A stretch of 45,195 nucleotides of DNA, taken from positions 1-45,195 of the forward strand of contig MHEI01000088.1 of the NCBI GenBank assembly GCA_001805165.1. Reading direction: 5' to 3'. The notes under the pieces are model-generated. The model saw nothing but the letters and a program-made list of their open reading frames with translations, was not told the origin of the DNA and searched no databases. The stretch is from Nitrospirae bacterium RBG_16_43_11. GTDB taxonomy: Bacteria > Nitrospirota > 9FT-COMBO-42-15 > HDB-SIOI813. Below are positions 9,748 to 19,563 of the stretch, piece after piece (the stretch's first letter is position 1; each line of letters begins with the position of its first letter). The position numbers were made by a program, and so were the translations under genes.

Positions 9748-10545
9748 ATGAATTACTGCGGGAAGGAAGATTTTGATACGATCATAGTTATTCCTGCCTT
9801 TAACGAAGAGGCTAATATCGCTTCTTTAATAGATAATATCCGGACCAGTGCCCCTGAGGTTGATATCCTTGTGGTAGATGATGGTTCGGCAGATCGTACA
9901 TCACGCATAGCTGCAAAGGCAGGGGCAGTGGTTGTAAGACTCCCCTTTAATCTGGGTTACGGAGCGGCACTGCAGACTGGATTTAAGTATGCACTAATGA
10001 AGCGGTACAGATATGTTATACAGATGGATGCTGATGGACAGCATGACCCTGATTCAATAGGTTTACTCCTTAAAGAGATCGGAAAAGGGGATATAGATGT
10101 GGTGATAGGGTCAAGATTTCTAAGCTCAGTAGTCCAATACAAAATTCCGTTGTTGCGAAAGGCAGGGATATCCTTATTCAGCCGGATTGTCTCTTTTATA
10201 ATCCATCAGAAGATTACAGATCCGACATCGGGTTTTCAGGCGCTGAACAGGGATGCAGTGAGGTTTCATGCAAGTCCGTACTATCCAACTGACTATCCTG
10301 ATGCAGATACTATCATCATGCTTCACAGGGCAGGCCTGAGGATAAGGGAGTCGCCGGTCCGTATGTATCCAAGTGTAAGCGGAAAGACGATGCACAGTGG
10401 TTTAAAGCCTGTGTATTATATGTTCAAGATGTTTTTATCCATGTTTGTTACCTTACTCAGAAAAAGCAAGTTCGAAAAAAGGATAACAAAAGAGGAGGAT
10501 GTATCTAATGCCGCTTCAACAAAAGATATTTGCAATAAGTATTAG
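9748..10545 (+). CDS. GT2, DPM1-like polyprenyl-phosphate glycosyltransferase (GacI/PpgS-like)
   Basis: IPAFNEE, VVDDGSADRT, NLGYGAALQTG, QMDADGQHDP, VIGSRF, DPTSGF; immediately followed by DUF2304. Confidence 0.88.
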   Translation: MNYCGKEDFDTIIVIPAFNEEANIASLIDNIRTSAPEVDILVVDDGSADRTSRIAAKAGAVVVRLPFNLGYGAALQTGFKYALMKRYRYVIQMDADGQHDPDSIGLLLKEIGKGDIDVVIGSRFLSSVVQYKIPLLRKAGISLFSRIVSFIIHQKITDPTSGFQALNRDAVRFHASPYYPTDYPDADTIIMLHRAGLRIRESPVRMYPSVSGKTMHSGLKPVYYMFKMFLSMFVTLLRKSKFEKRITKEEDVSNAASTKDICNKY

Positions 10546-10891
10546 TATAATACTATTCATCGTGATTATTGATCTTGTGAGGAGAAAAAGATTGCGTGAA
10601 GAGTTTTCATGGCTGTGGCTCCTGACAGGTGGCGTGATTATCCTGCTGGCCGCATGGTATGATGTTCTCCTGTTCCTGACTAATCTTGTTGGCGCTGTTC
10701 TTCCGACTTCGACACTGTTTTTATTTGGTCTCCTGTTTCTTATGATAATCAGTCTGTATTATTCAACGAAGATCTCAACCCTTCATGAGCAGATGAAAGA
10801 CATTGCCCAGCAGGTGGCAATCCTGCAGGCAGAGCTTCATGTTTCCCCCCAAGAGGATGAGAAACTGCCCTCTATCTCAGGGAGAGGGTAA
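10508..10891 (+). CDS. DUF2304 family membrane protein (GacJ/Rv3632-like activator of polyprenyl-P-sugar synthase)
   Basis: Three TM helices, LVRRKRLREEFSWLWL motif and C-terminal coiled coil (KISTLHEQMKDIAQQVAIL). GAGGAGG RBS at 10492-10498 fits ATG 10508. Confidence 0.85.
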   Translation: MPLQQKIFAISISIILFIVIIDLVRRKRLREEFSWLWLLTGGVIILLAAWYDVLLFLTNLVGAVLPTSTLFLFGLLFLMIISLYYSTKISTLHEQMKDIAQQVAILQAELHVSPQEDEKLPSISGRG

Positions 10892-10902
10892 GGATGAGGG
10901 TG
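10868..10902. repeat. Degenerate CCCTCTCCC..GGGAGAGGG..GGGTGAGGG-type small palindromic repeat
   Basis: CCCTCT ATCTCAGGG AGAGGG TAAGGATGAGGGTG. CCCTCT pairs with AGAGGG; one frame reads PLSQGEGKDEG, typical of this REP-like family. Confidence 0.5.
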
Positions 10903-10913
10903 GGTCTTTTCAA

Positions 10914-11606
10914 ATGAAGATATCCGTTGTAATGCCTGTATACAATGAGGCAAAAACAGTAAGAGAGTTAATAAAAAGGGTTGAGGACGTAGACCTTGAG
11001 AAAGAGATTATTATTGTTGACGATTATTCTACTGATGGTACACGCAATATACTGAAGGGGCTTGAGCGAAATCCCGGAATAAGAGTATTATATCATGATA
11101 AAAATATGGGTAAGGGTGCGGCGCTTCGAACTGGTTTTAAACATATCACCGGAAACATAGTGATTATCCAGGATGCAGACCTGGAATATAATCCGCAGGA
11201 GTATCACAAATTAATAAGGCCTATCCTGGATGGAAGGGCAGATGTTGTTTATGGGTCCCGCTTTATTACTACAGAGGAGCGGCGCGTCCTTCTGTTCTGG
11301 CACTCTCTTGGAAACTCATTTATAACATTTATCTCAAACATGTTTACCAATTTGAACCTTACAGACATAGAGACATGCTATAAGGTATTCAAGGCGGATG
11401 TGATCCGTTCACTCACCATAGAAGAGAACAGGTTCGGCTTTGAGCCGGAGATTACCGCCAAGATAGCAAAGAAAAGATACAGGATCTATGAAATTGGCAT
11501 ATCATACAGCGGGCGGGATTATTCAGAAGGGAAAAAGATCGGGTGGAAGGATGGATTCAGGGCCATATGGTGTATAGTAAAATACAACCTGACAAGAAGA
11601 AGATAG
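10914..11606 (+). CDS. GT2, DPM/DPG-synthase-like polyprenyl-phosphate glycosyltransferase
   Basis: MKISVVMPVYNE, VDDYSTDGT, NMGKGAAL, QDADLEY, VYGSRF, LTDIETCYK, FGFEPEITAK, EGKKIGWKDG. Confidence 0.9.
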   Translation: MKISVVMPVYNEAKTVRELIKRVEDVDLEKEIIIVDDYSTDGTRNILKGLERNPGIRVLYHDKNMGKGAALRTGFKHITGNIVIIQDADLEYNPQEYHKLIRPILDGRADVVYGSRFITTEERRVLLFWHSLGNSFITFISNMFTNLNLTDIETCYKVFKADVIRSLTIEENRFGFEPEITAKIAKKRYRIYEIGISYSGRDYSEGKKIGWKDGFRAIWCIVKYNLTRRR

Positions 11607-11608
11607 AC

Positions 11609-14251
11609 TTGGTAAATGGATACTCAAAACAATGGGCAGCCCGCTTATTACCTGCTTTAGTGGTATCAGTCCTTTTCACTGTTATTGCGATCAATCTTTT
11701 CTACAAAACACCTCACGGAGTTCTTAGTATATACTCGCTTGATAGATTTTTTTTTGGATTGTCAGCGCTGGACACTGAACAGTTTTCATCCTTTCTGATG
11801 GTTCTCGGCGGATACTGGGTTTGTGTGGCAATATATGCATTGGCAGCATCTTATATAGTTAAATCAGGTTCCGGGAAGACAGCTGTTATTGCCCTTCTGT
11901 TAGGTATTGATACCCAATTAACCCTTTCTCTTTCTGATCTTGCTGCCAGCAATACCAATTGGAGCCTGCAATATAACACATACTATGATCCCCTGTTTAT
12001 CTATCCTCTTCTCGGGATTTATGTTATTTCAATATTTGCAATAAATATTCTCATAAGCCGCTATATAATCCTTTCTGTAACTGAGTGCTTTAAAAAAGGG
12101 GGGCCTGCCGCGGAGATTGACGGCATAGCGCTATTTCTACTACCCATCCCGATTCTTACCATTTATTCGATTTTCCAGCTTAGGTTTAACTGGATTATTT
12201 TGCTGCTAATTTTCCTAATCAGCATATCCGGAATATTTGAAACCCCGATGAGGCAAGCTCTGCGATACGTGTGGTCTTGTACCAGAGGCATTCTGAATTA
12301 TTTTCAGAATGAAAGGATATTTTTAGTTACGGTTGCAGTATCTGCCATTCTGATAAGAATAGCCTTCTCTCTGGCCAATCAAACCGGGATGGGGGCAGAT
12401 GACAGCTCCATATATGACGACCTGGGGTGGAGATATGCGTCAGGTGAAGATGTAACTGATGTGTTTTTCCCCCCGGGGTACTGGATGTTCCTCGGTATCA
12501 TCTATAAGGTCTTCGGCCGTAATTATCTGCTGTTAATGATTATTCAATCCTTGATAGGCGCTGCTGTGCCCATTCTTACCTATTTTATATCTAAAGAAAT
12601 ATTTAATATAAAGACTGCGAGACTCTCAGCTTTACTTGTGTCCATCAACAGCAGCATTATCTTCTATTCTACTTTGATAGCAACTGAGTCAATTTATACG
12701 CCCATAACGCTCTTATTATTATGGATGCTTATTAAAGTACGTAAGTCACCACGGACATTATTCTTTGTTTTTATCGGGCTTTTGCTGGGCCTGTCAATAA
12801 TCATTAAGTCTGTCATGCTTGCGCTGCCAATGGTCCTGTTGGGCTGGCTGTTTTTGATTTACAGACGCAGCATAAAGACATTTATAATATCATCTGTCCT
12901 TCTTTTAGTTTTCGTCTGCCTGACAATTGCGCCGCTTACATACAGAAATTATATCAATCATGGCAGATTTATTTTATTAACTGAATTCAGGCAGGTGAAA
13001 GATACGTTGATGAATCCGGTATTGAAAGAGGCAGATATCTACGGCGATACCTATGGAGAGATGCTGAAGAAGATAACGGGGGATCCTGTAAAATTTACAA
13101 CTGCCTTTATAAAAGGAGCGCCTCTGCAATTGCGGGAGCTTTTCTGGGGGAGGAAAATATATGTTCCTTTTGATCTCATCTATATCCACAATGCCAGTCC
13201 TTATGCCTTTAATCTCAAGGTCTATTTTACTTTACTGTTTTTCCTGGGGGCTTTCGCTGCTGTCTTTATAGACAGGAGATTAAGGATGGAACGGGTTCTC
13301 CCTCTATTACTGATTACATATTACTGTGTAATGTATATCTTTTTTTATGGAAAGAGCAGATATGCTATGCCGATGCTTCCACTGACAATTATGTTTGGTG
13401 TCTTCGGGTTTTACTATATACTGACTGAGATAAAAAGGGTTTTCAAACTGTCTCAGTCGTATGGAGAAAAGAAACAACGGGAAACCATAATACCATTTAG
13501 AATCGCCTTATGGGGGTGGACAGGGTTAATTGTACTGATAATGTACGGATTGAGCTACGGTTACAATGTCAGGGCAAAGATGCTGCTGGCAGAGGGGAAA
13601 GGGTTTATGGAAGCGGGTAATTATACAGAGGCAAAAGAGAAGCTGCAAACTACAGTTGAAAAATACCCCAAAAGTGCATCGGCACAAGATGCGTACAGGG
13701 AACTGATATTATCAGGCGCTCGATATATGGACTTATCAAAGGATTCTATTGAACAATATTTTATGCTCTATAAAGGATATCCGACTACAATTGAGACATT
13801 TAAAGAGTTTGTTGACATATTCCAGAAGAATGCTGCCTATTACCTTGAACGTCTGCATTCATCTTCTGACATTGAGAAATTTATAAGGATGCTTGATTTT
13901 CAGGAGGCTGTAATACTTAATATGGCGGATAATTATCCCTATGAAGGCCGGATTGTCGGGATTACCTGCAAGTCTCTTTACAATCTTCAAAATATGCGAA
14001 GTGAGGCCAGGCTCAGGGCAGCAGAGAACTTTCTGAAAGATAGGATGCCTGATCTGGCAGATAAAGAGGTTAAGGTTATAGCAGATTTGCCCGAGCGGGT
14101 AGTCTTCAGCCAGTGGTTTGTATACCCTGTCTGTAACTTTTCGAATAAAGCAAGACTGCTCGGGGCAATCAACGATCTATACCTGCAATATGGTTTTAAA
14201 AGTCATGCATTAAAATGGATAGGAATAAGCAGCGAAACCAGTCAGAATTAA
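11609..14251 (+). CDS. Large GT-C (ArnT/PMT-like) membrane glycosyltransferase with extra N-terminal membrane region and C-terminal TPR-like domain
   Basis: Many TM helices. The GT-C core has ADDSSIYDDLG, PPGY.MFLG.IY, TESIY and RY.MP; the C-terminus has a TPR-like AEGK...GNYTEAKEKLQ..VEKYPKS..AQDA segment. Start uncertain (TTG 11609 assumed). Confidence 0.75.
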   Translation: MVNGYSKQWAARLLPALVVSVLFTVIAINLFYKTPHGVLSIYSLDRFFFGLSALDTEQFSSFLMVLGGYWVCVAIYALAASYIVKSGSGKTAVIALLLGIDTQLTLSLSDLAASNTNWSLQYNTYYDPLFIYPLLGIYVISIFAINILISRYIILSVTECFKKGGPAAEIDGIALFLLPIPILTIYSIFQLRFNWIILLLIFLISISGIFETPMRQALRYVWSCTRGILNYFQNERIFLVTVAVSAILIRIAFSLANQTGMGADDSSIYDDLGWRYASGEDVTDVFFPPGYWMFLGIIYKVFGRNYLLLMIIQSLIGAAVPILTYFISKEIFNIKTARLSALLVSINSSIIFYSTLIATESIYTPITLLLLWMLIKVRKSPRTLFFVFIGLLLGLSIIIKSVMLALPMVLLGWLFLIYRRSIKTFIISSVLLLVFVCLTIAPLTYRNYINHGRFILLTEFRQVKDTLMNPVLKEADIYGDTYGEMLKKITGDPVKFTTAFIKGAPLQLRELFWGRKIYVPFDLIYIHNASPYAFNLKVYFTLLFFLGAFAAVFIDRRLRMERVLPLLLITYYCVMYIFFYGKSRYAMPMLPLTIMFGVFGFYYILTEIKRVFKLSQSYGEKKQRETIIPFRIALWGWTGLIVLIMYGLSYGYNVRAKMLLAEGKGFMEAGNYTEAKEKLQTTVEKYPKSASAQDAYRELILSGARYMDLSKDSIEQYFMLYKGYPTTIETFKEFVDIFQKNAAYYLERLHSSSDIEKFIRMLDFQEAVILNMADNYPYEGRIVGITCKSLYNLQNMRSEARLRAAENFLKDRMPDLADKEVKVIADLPERVVFSQWFVYPVCNFSNKARLLGAINDLYLQYGFKSHALKWIGISSETSQN

Positions 14252-14970
14252 TATATCTATCAATAATAATCCCAGCTCTAAATGAAGAGGATAGGATAGG
14301 GAAGACATTGGAGAAAATTATGTTATATCTTGATTCCTGTCGTTACCCCTATGAGATTATTGTGGTAAACGATGGGAGCACGGACAGGACATCAGGCATT
14401 GTTGAAGAATTCTCTGAACGGTATAATCAGGTGCAGATCATAAAAAGCAAAACAAATCATGGCAAAGGGCTCAGTGTGAGAAAAGGGATGCTGAGTTCAA
14501 AAGGGCAATATGTGCTCTTTACGGATGCTGACCTGTCCACCCCTATTGAAGAGGTAGAGAAGCTGCTGGAATGGCTTGAAAAAGGATATGACATTGCCAT
14601 AGGTTCAAGAGGGTTAAAAGAGTCAGACATTCAGGTTCACCAACCCTGGTATCGTGAAAGAATGGGGAAGGTATTTAACCTGTTAGTCAGGCTGCTTACT
14701 GTAAGGGGTATAAAGGATACACAGTGTGGATTTAAATGTTTTAAAAAAGAGGTCATCAGGGATATTTTTGCCATGCAGACAATCACCCGCTTCAGCTTTG
14801 ATGTAGAGCTGCTCTGGATAGCCCTTAAAAAGGGATACAGGATCAAAGAAGTGCCAGTGCGATGGCTGAATGACGCACAAAGCAGGGTTAATCCCGTGAT
14901 GGACTCCTCTCGTATGTTCTTAGATCTCATAAAGATAAGGATCAACGATTTGAGGGGGGTGTATGAGTAG
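14215..14970 (+). CDS. Dolichyl-phosphate beta-glucosyltransferase-like GT2 (ALG5/DPG synthase type)
   Basis: LSIIIPALNEEDRI, NHGKG.SVRKG, LFTDADLSTPIEE, IAIGSR, DTQCGFK, FSFDVELL, EVPVRW. Confidence 0.9.
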   Translation: MDRNKQRNQSELIYLSIIIPALNEEDRIGKTLEKIMLYLDSCRYPYEIIVVNDGSTDRTSGIVEEFSERYNQVQIIKSKTNHGKGLSVRKGMLSSKGQYVLFTDADLSTPIEEVEKLLEWLEKGYDIAIGSRGLKESDIQVHQPWYRERMGKVFNLLVRLLTVRGIKDTQCGFKCFKKEVIRDIFAMQTITRFSFDVELLWIALKKGYRIKEVPVRWLNDAQSRVNPVMDSSRMFLDLIKIRINDLRGVYE

Positions 14971-16615
14971 GCTTTTTTCTCTTTATTCAACAGTGTTACC
15001 AATAATTATTGGGATGGCCGGAACTGTTCTCCTTATGTTCTTCATCATTCACTGGACTGTCATAGTTCCCGATTCGGCTACATACCTTCGCATGGCAGAG
15101 GAGATACAAAAGGGTAAATGGCATATTGATCAATGGGCAAGGGGGCCATATTCAGGCCCTCCTCTATATCCTATGCTTGTAGCGTTGACAGAATGGATCA
15201 TTCCTGGTTTTGATAGAGCCGGGAAAATAGTAGCTGTTATGGCAGCATCTGCTACCATTATCCCTTTATTTTTCCTGGCAAGACGATTTTATGGTGAGAA
15301 GGCGGGTTGGGCGGTTATCCCACTTACGGTACTAAATCCGTGGTATTTGCAATATGTTTCTCAAGCCCTGACGGAATCTTTATTTACCTTCCTTTTTCTT
15401 GCGGGAATTGTATTAACGCTTTATGCATTGGCACAGAATTCGCCGGTGCTCTGGTTTATTGTCGGGATAATGGCTGGTTCTGCCTGGATGACCCGGGATG
15501 CAGGCATTATTATGCCTTTTTTTTCCATTTTATGGCTTGCTATTGGGATGTGGAAAAAGAGGTGTTCACCTTTAGGCATAGTGAGAAATAGTGGTGCTCT
15601 TTTATTGGGTATTATTTTGATCTATGCACCATTTAAGATTTTGATGACTTTGGATCAGAAAAGCATGCATAATACGCCTAAGACAAGTATTGCCTTTAAT
15701 CTTATAATACCTGACCTGAGAAATACTATGGAAAGGGAAATATACACTTCAAAGCTGAACGGAAGTAGTACGGAATATGCATTAACAGAAGCACAAAAAG
15801 TGTCTCCAAAACTGTCAGATGCATTATTGCAGCACTGGAGGAAGATTCTATATAGGTTTGGAGTCAATATTGGTTTAATGATAGCGTCGATGTATTCGAT
15901 GCTGGGGTTGATTGCATCATTATTTGTTTTAATTGGGATTTCTTTAGGGAAGTCTTCTCTAAGAAAGGAATCAGAAAGATTTCCATTTCCTTTATTATTT
16001 ATAGGTTCATATATAATCATTTATTTCATATTTTATGCCACTGCAGGAGGGTTCACAGGGGCATTGTTCCCTGAACGGTATCTTGTCCCGATAATCCCAC
16101 TTTTGGGAATCTGGGCCGTCACTGGTATATTAATATCAGGAGAATTTATAAGGAAGTTTAAGGTTAAACATCTGGATAAGGTGATAATATTACTATGCCT
16201 TGGGATTATCCTCAGTATTTATTTGCAGAACATTCTGCAACTGAGAACATTTAGCCAGCAAAGACTTAAGAAAGTGGAATTTTACAAACTGCTGGGGGAA
16301 AGTATAAGGAAGGCATCGCACTCTCATGGTATGGAAGAAATTTCTGTTATGACAAGGTCACCATATTTATCTTATTACTCAGGCGCATCTTTTGTCTTGT
16401 TACCTTATGGCGAATATCCGGAGGTTATAAAATTTGCAAAACAAAAGGGGGTGGATTTCCTCTATGTGGATGTAGCTGTTATCTTTCAGCGCCCACAACT
16501 ATCTTCTCTTTTGAATTCAAATACATCGTTGCCGGAGCTTGAGAGAGTCTATAATAAACATTCCAGGAAAGACAATAATAAGCTGTTAGCGGTGCTGTAC
16601 AAAATAAAAAAATGA
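14963..16615 (+). CDS. GT-C (PMT/ArnT-like, GT39/83-type) membrane glycosyltransferase
   Basis: Polytopic; PDSATYL, PPLYPML, LTESLF, TR..G, ERYLVP motifs; soluble C-terminal domain. Confidence 0.8.
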   Translation: MSRLFSLYSTVLPIIIGMAGTVLLMFFIIHWTVIVPDSATYLRMAEEIQKGKWHIDQWARGPYSGPPLYPMLVALTEWIIPGFDRAGKIVAVMAASATIIPLFFLARRFYGEKAGWAVIPLTVLNPWYLQYVSQALTESLFTFLFLAGIVLTLYALAQNSPVLWFIVGIMAGSAWMTRDAGIIMPFFSILWLAIGMWKKRCSPLGIVRNSGALLLGIILIYAPFKILMTLDQKSMHNTPKTSIAFNLIIPDLRNTMEREIYTSKLNGSSTEYALTEAQKVSPKLSDALLQHWRKILYRFGVNIGLMIASMYSMLGLIASLFVLIGISLGKSSLRKESERFPFPLLFIGSYIIIYFIFYATAGGFTGALFPERYLVPIIPLLGIWAVTGILISGEFIRKFKVKHLDKVIILLCLGIILSIYLQNILQLRTFSQQRLKKVEFYKLLGESIRKASHSHGMEEISVMTRSPYLSYYSGASFVLLPYGEYPEVIKFAKQKGVDFLYVDVAVIFQRPQLSSLLNSNTSLPELERVYNKHSRKDNNKLLAVLYKIKK

Positions 16616-18402
16616 TTTACATAATACTTGGGACAAAGGCGCAATTAATTAAGATGGCACCACTGATGGTAGCTCTGAAGGAGAGAGGGATAGATTATGT
16701 CTATATCTCAACAGGGCAACACAAGGAGACGATGCATGAATTGCATCAAAACTTTGATATAAGGGAGCCGGATTTAAGGCTGTATAATGGGGAGGACATA
16801 ACTGGTGTTTGCCAGATGGCTCTGTGGAGCATAAGGATAATAACGAAGATTCTGGTCAATAAGAGGTTGCTTCTGAAGGATAACAGGAGGGGCATTGTCC
16901 TCGTACACGGGGATACCTTCTCCACTCTCCTTGGTGCGCTTCTCGGCAAATTGTTACGTCTGAAAGTTGCCCATATCGAATCAGGGCTCCGCTCATTTAA
17001 TATATTTCACCCTTTCCCGGAGGAGATTACACGTATATTGACATTCTCTCTCACTGATTATTATTTTTGTCCTGGAGATTGGGCTGTAAGGAATATCGAG
17101 AAATATCGAGGTTATAAGATTAATACCACAATGAACACCCTCTATGACTCTTTAAGATTGGCAATGGAGAATGAGGATCATATCAAAATTGACATTCCTG
17201 ATACTCCCTATTCTGTAGCTACTATTCACCGGTATGAGAATATTTTTCATCGGGATAAATTAAAGAGGGTTGTTGATATAGTATTGAATATATCAGAGAG
17301 GGTTAAGGTACTATTCATACTTCACCCACCGACAAGGAAGAATCTTGAGAAATTTGGATTATATGAAATTCTACATAAGAATAAAAATATAGAATTGCGG
17401 CCACGTTATGACTACTTTGAGTTTATAAAACTGATGCAAAATAGTGAGTTTATTATAAGCGATGGAGGAAGTAATCAGGAAGAGAGCTACTATATGGGAC
17501 AACCATGTTTGCTTCTACGTAAGGCCACTGAACGTACAGAAGGACTGGGTGAGAATGTAGTTTTGTCTAACTACGATGACAAGATTCTTGAAGAGTTCAT
17601 AAAAAAATATAAGAAGTACAAAACTGATCCTGTAATGGGTCCGGAAAGTCCGAGCAAGATCATTGTTGATTTTTTAATAGACTTTCAGGAAAATCGGTCT
17701 TTAAAGACTGAGAATTTGAATGAAATAGAATATACAGAAGAATACTATCTAAAAGAGTTTAGAAGGCATGAAGAAAAGCACGCCCACTTCCAGGATAAAG
17801 TTAAAAATGTTATGGAGATGGTTATGCCCATTTCTGAAAAGGAAGTAATCCTTGATCTTGGTACATGCAGCGGTACTTTTGCATTTGAGTGTGCAAAGTA
17901 CTGTGCTACTGTATATGGTGTTGATCTGTCTCGAATGGCGATAGCATATTGCAATAAGAGGAAAAAGGAATTAGCTGTAGATAATTGCGAATTCATGGTA
18001 TGCAGGAGTGAAAATATACCATTTAAAGATGGATATTTTGATAAGATAATAATGGGAGATGTGGCTGAACACTTGCCTGGGGAGGTCTTTTTAAAGACAA
18101 TTAGTGAGGTGAAAAGGCTCTTAAAGCCAAAAGGGTTACTTATTATATACACACCTAATAGAAGTCATCTCTTTGAATGGTTGAAAGAAAAGAGGATTCT
18201 TAAACCAGACCCAACACACATTAATTTAATGACAAAGGACCAACTTGAAGATATTCTAAAAAGTTCAGGACTTGCTATCCAAAAGTCATATTATAAATCT
18301 TCTCATTTTTTATTGTTTAATTTATTAGAAGATATATTTACTAAAATTCCCCTTCTTGATAGATTCTCTGGAAGAAGAATATGCATTGTTGGCATTAAAT
18401 AG
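16612..18402 (+). CDS. Fusion of UDP-N-acetylglucosamine 2-epimerase-like domain and class I SAM-dependent methyltransferase
   Basis: Residues 1-~355: GTKAQLIK, TGQH, VHGDT, HIESGLRS, PFPEE, SDGGSNQEE, TERTEG. Residues ~370-596: ILDLGTCSG, GVDLS, IPFKDGYFD, VAEHL, RLLKPKG. No stop between the two domains. Confidence 0.85.
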   Translation: MIYIILGTKAQLIKMAPLMVALKERGIDYVYISTGQHKETMHELHQNFDIREPDLRLYNGEDITGVCQMALWSIRIITKILVNKRLLLKDNRRGIVLVHGDTFSTLLGALLGKLLRLKVAHIESGLRSFNIFHPFPEEITRILTFSLTDYYFCPGDWAVRNIEKYRGYKINTTMNTLYDSLRLAMENEDHIKIDIPDTPYSVATIHRYENIFHRDKLKRVVDIVLNISERVKVLFILHPPTRKNLEKFGLYEILHKNKNIELRPRYDYFEFIKLMQNSEFIISDGGSNQEESYYMGQPCLLLRKATERTEGLGENVVLSNYDDKILEEFIKKYKKYKTDPVMGPESPSKIIVDFLIDFQENRSLKTENLNEIEYTEEYYLKEFRRHEEKHAHFQDKVKNVMEMVMPISEKEVILDLGTCSGTFAFECAKYCATVYGVDLSRMAIAYCNKRKKELAVDNCEFMVCRSENIPFKDGYFDKIIMGDVAEHLPGEVFLKTISEVKRLLKPKGLLIIYTPNRSHLFEWLKEKRILKPDPTHINLMTKDQLEDILKSSGLAIQKSYYKSSHFLLFNLLEDIFTKIPLLDRFSGRRICIVGIK

Positions 18403-18419
18403 GAGGTGATGATTATATA

Positions 18420-19544
18420 GTGCGTGTCTGCTATTTCGGAACATATGATAGAAACCGTCCTCGTAACAGAAACATCATAAAGGGATTAAAGGCAAATAAA
18501 ATAGAGGTCATAGAATGTCATTATTCGCCATGGGGCGAGGTTGAAGATAAAACTGTACTACAGGGAGTTCTCAATAAATTTGCTGTTTTGGTTCATTTCC
18601 TTTTTGCTTATTCATATCTTATCTTCCGGTACATCTTTATTGGACATCACGACGCAATAATAGTGGGCTATCTTGGACATATTGATGTGTTTGTTGCAAG
18701 ACCCCTTGCAACATTAAGGGGAAAGCCCATAGTATTTGACGCATTACTATCTCTTTATGATACAGTGGTGAATGACAGGAAGCTTTCGGGCCCGAATGGA
18801 TTCATAGGCAGGCTTTCTTTTTTTATAGACAGGACCGCTTGCCGTATGGCAGATGTTGTCGTATTGGATACGGATGCCCATATAGACTACTTTGTTAGAA
18901 CTTTTCAACTTCCCCGGGATAAATTCAGGCGAGTATTAGTAGGTGCAGACGAGTCCCAATTCTACCCTACCACTCAATTACGCAATCAGTTAACCAGTCA
19001 ACGATTAAAGGTCCTATTCTATGGCCAGTTTATTCCCCTGCATGGCATAGAATTCATTGTCAGGGCTGCAAAGATACTTGAAAAGGATAACGTGGAGTTT
19101 ACGATAATTGGAAATGGACAAGAATATAAGAAAATACGTGACATGGCTGATGTAATGAATGTCTGGAATATCAATTGGATAGACTGGATAGAATATAACA
19201 GGCTTGTAAACTACATAAACGAGGCTGATATTGTTCTTGGGATATTTGGAGGTTCGGACAAGGCAAAGCGTGTAATACCGAATAAGGTGTTTCAGGCCAT
19301 AGCCTGTAAGAAGCCGATTATTACAGGTGATTCTCCTGCAGCACGGGAATTGTTCCGGGACGGTGAGAATGCACTTTTATGCCATGTAGGTGACCCAAGG
19401 GCTATAGCTGAATCTATAGGTCTCCTGAGGGACAATGAAAATCTGAGGATAAAGATAGGATTCAATGGATATAATACATATTTATCACAGTGTAACATCG
19501 AGGCCATAGGTAATCAGATGCTGGATGTTCTTATTTGGAGATAG
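18420..19544 (+). CDS. Glycosyltransferase family 4
   Basis: GTG start after AGGAGG; FYGQFIPLHG, LGIFG..KA.RVIPNKVFQAIAC.KPIIT. Confidence 0.88.
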   Translation: MRVCYFGTYDRNRPRNRNIIKGLKANKIEVIECHYSPWGEVEDKTVLQGVLNKFAVLVHFLFAYSYLIFRYIFIGHHDAIIVGYLGHIDVFVARPLATLRGKPIVFDALLSLYDTVVNDRKLSGPNGFIGRLSFFIDRTACRMADVVVLDTDAHIDYFVRTFQLPRDKFRRVLVGADESQFYPTTQLRNQLTSQRLKVLFYGQFIPLHGIEFIVRAAKILEKDNVEFTIIGNGQEYKKIRDMADVMNVWNINWIDWIEYNRLVNYINEADIVLGIFGGSDKAKRVIPNKVFQAIACKKPIITGDSPAARELFRDGENALLCHVGDPRAIAESIGLLRDNENLRIKIGFNGYNTYLSQCNIEAIGNQMLDVLIWR

Positions 19545-19563
19545 AAACCGAGATGATACTACA

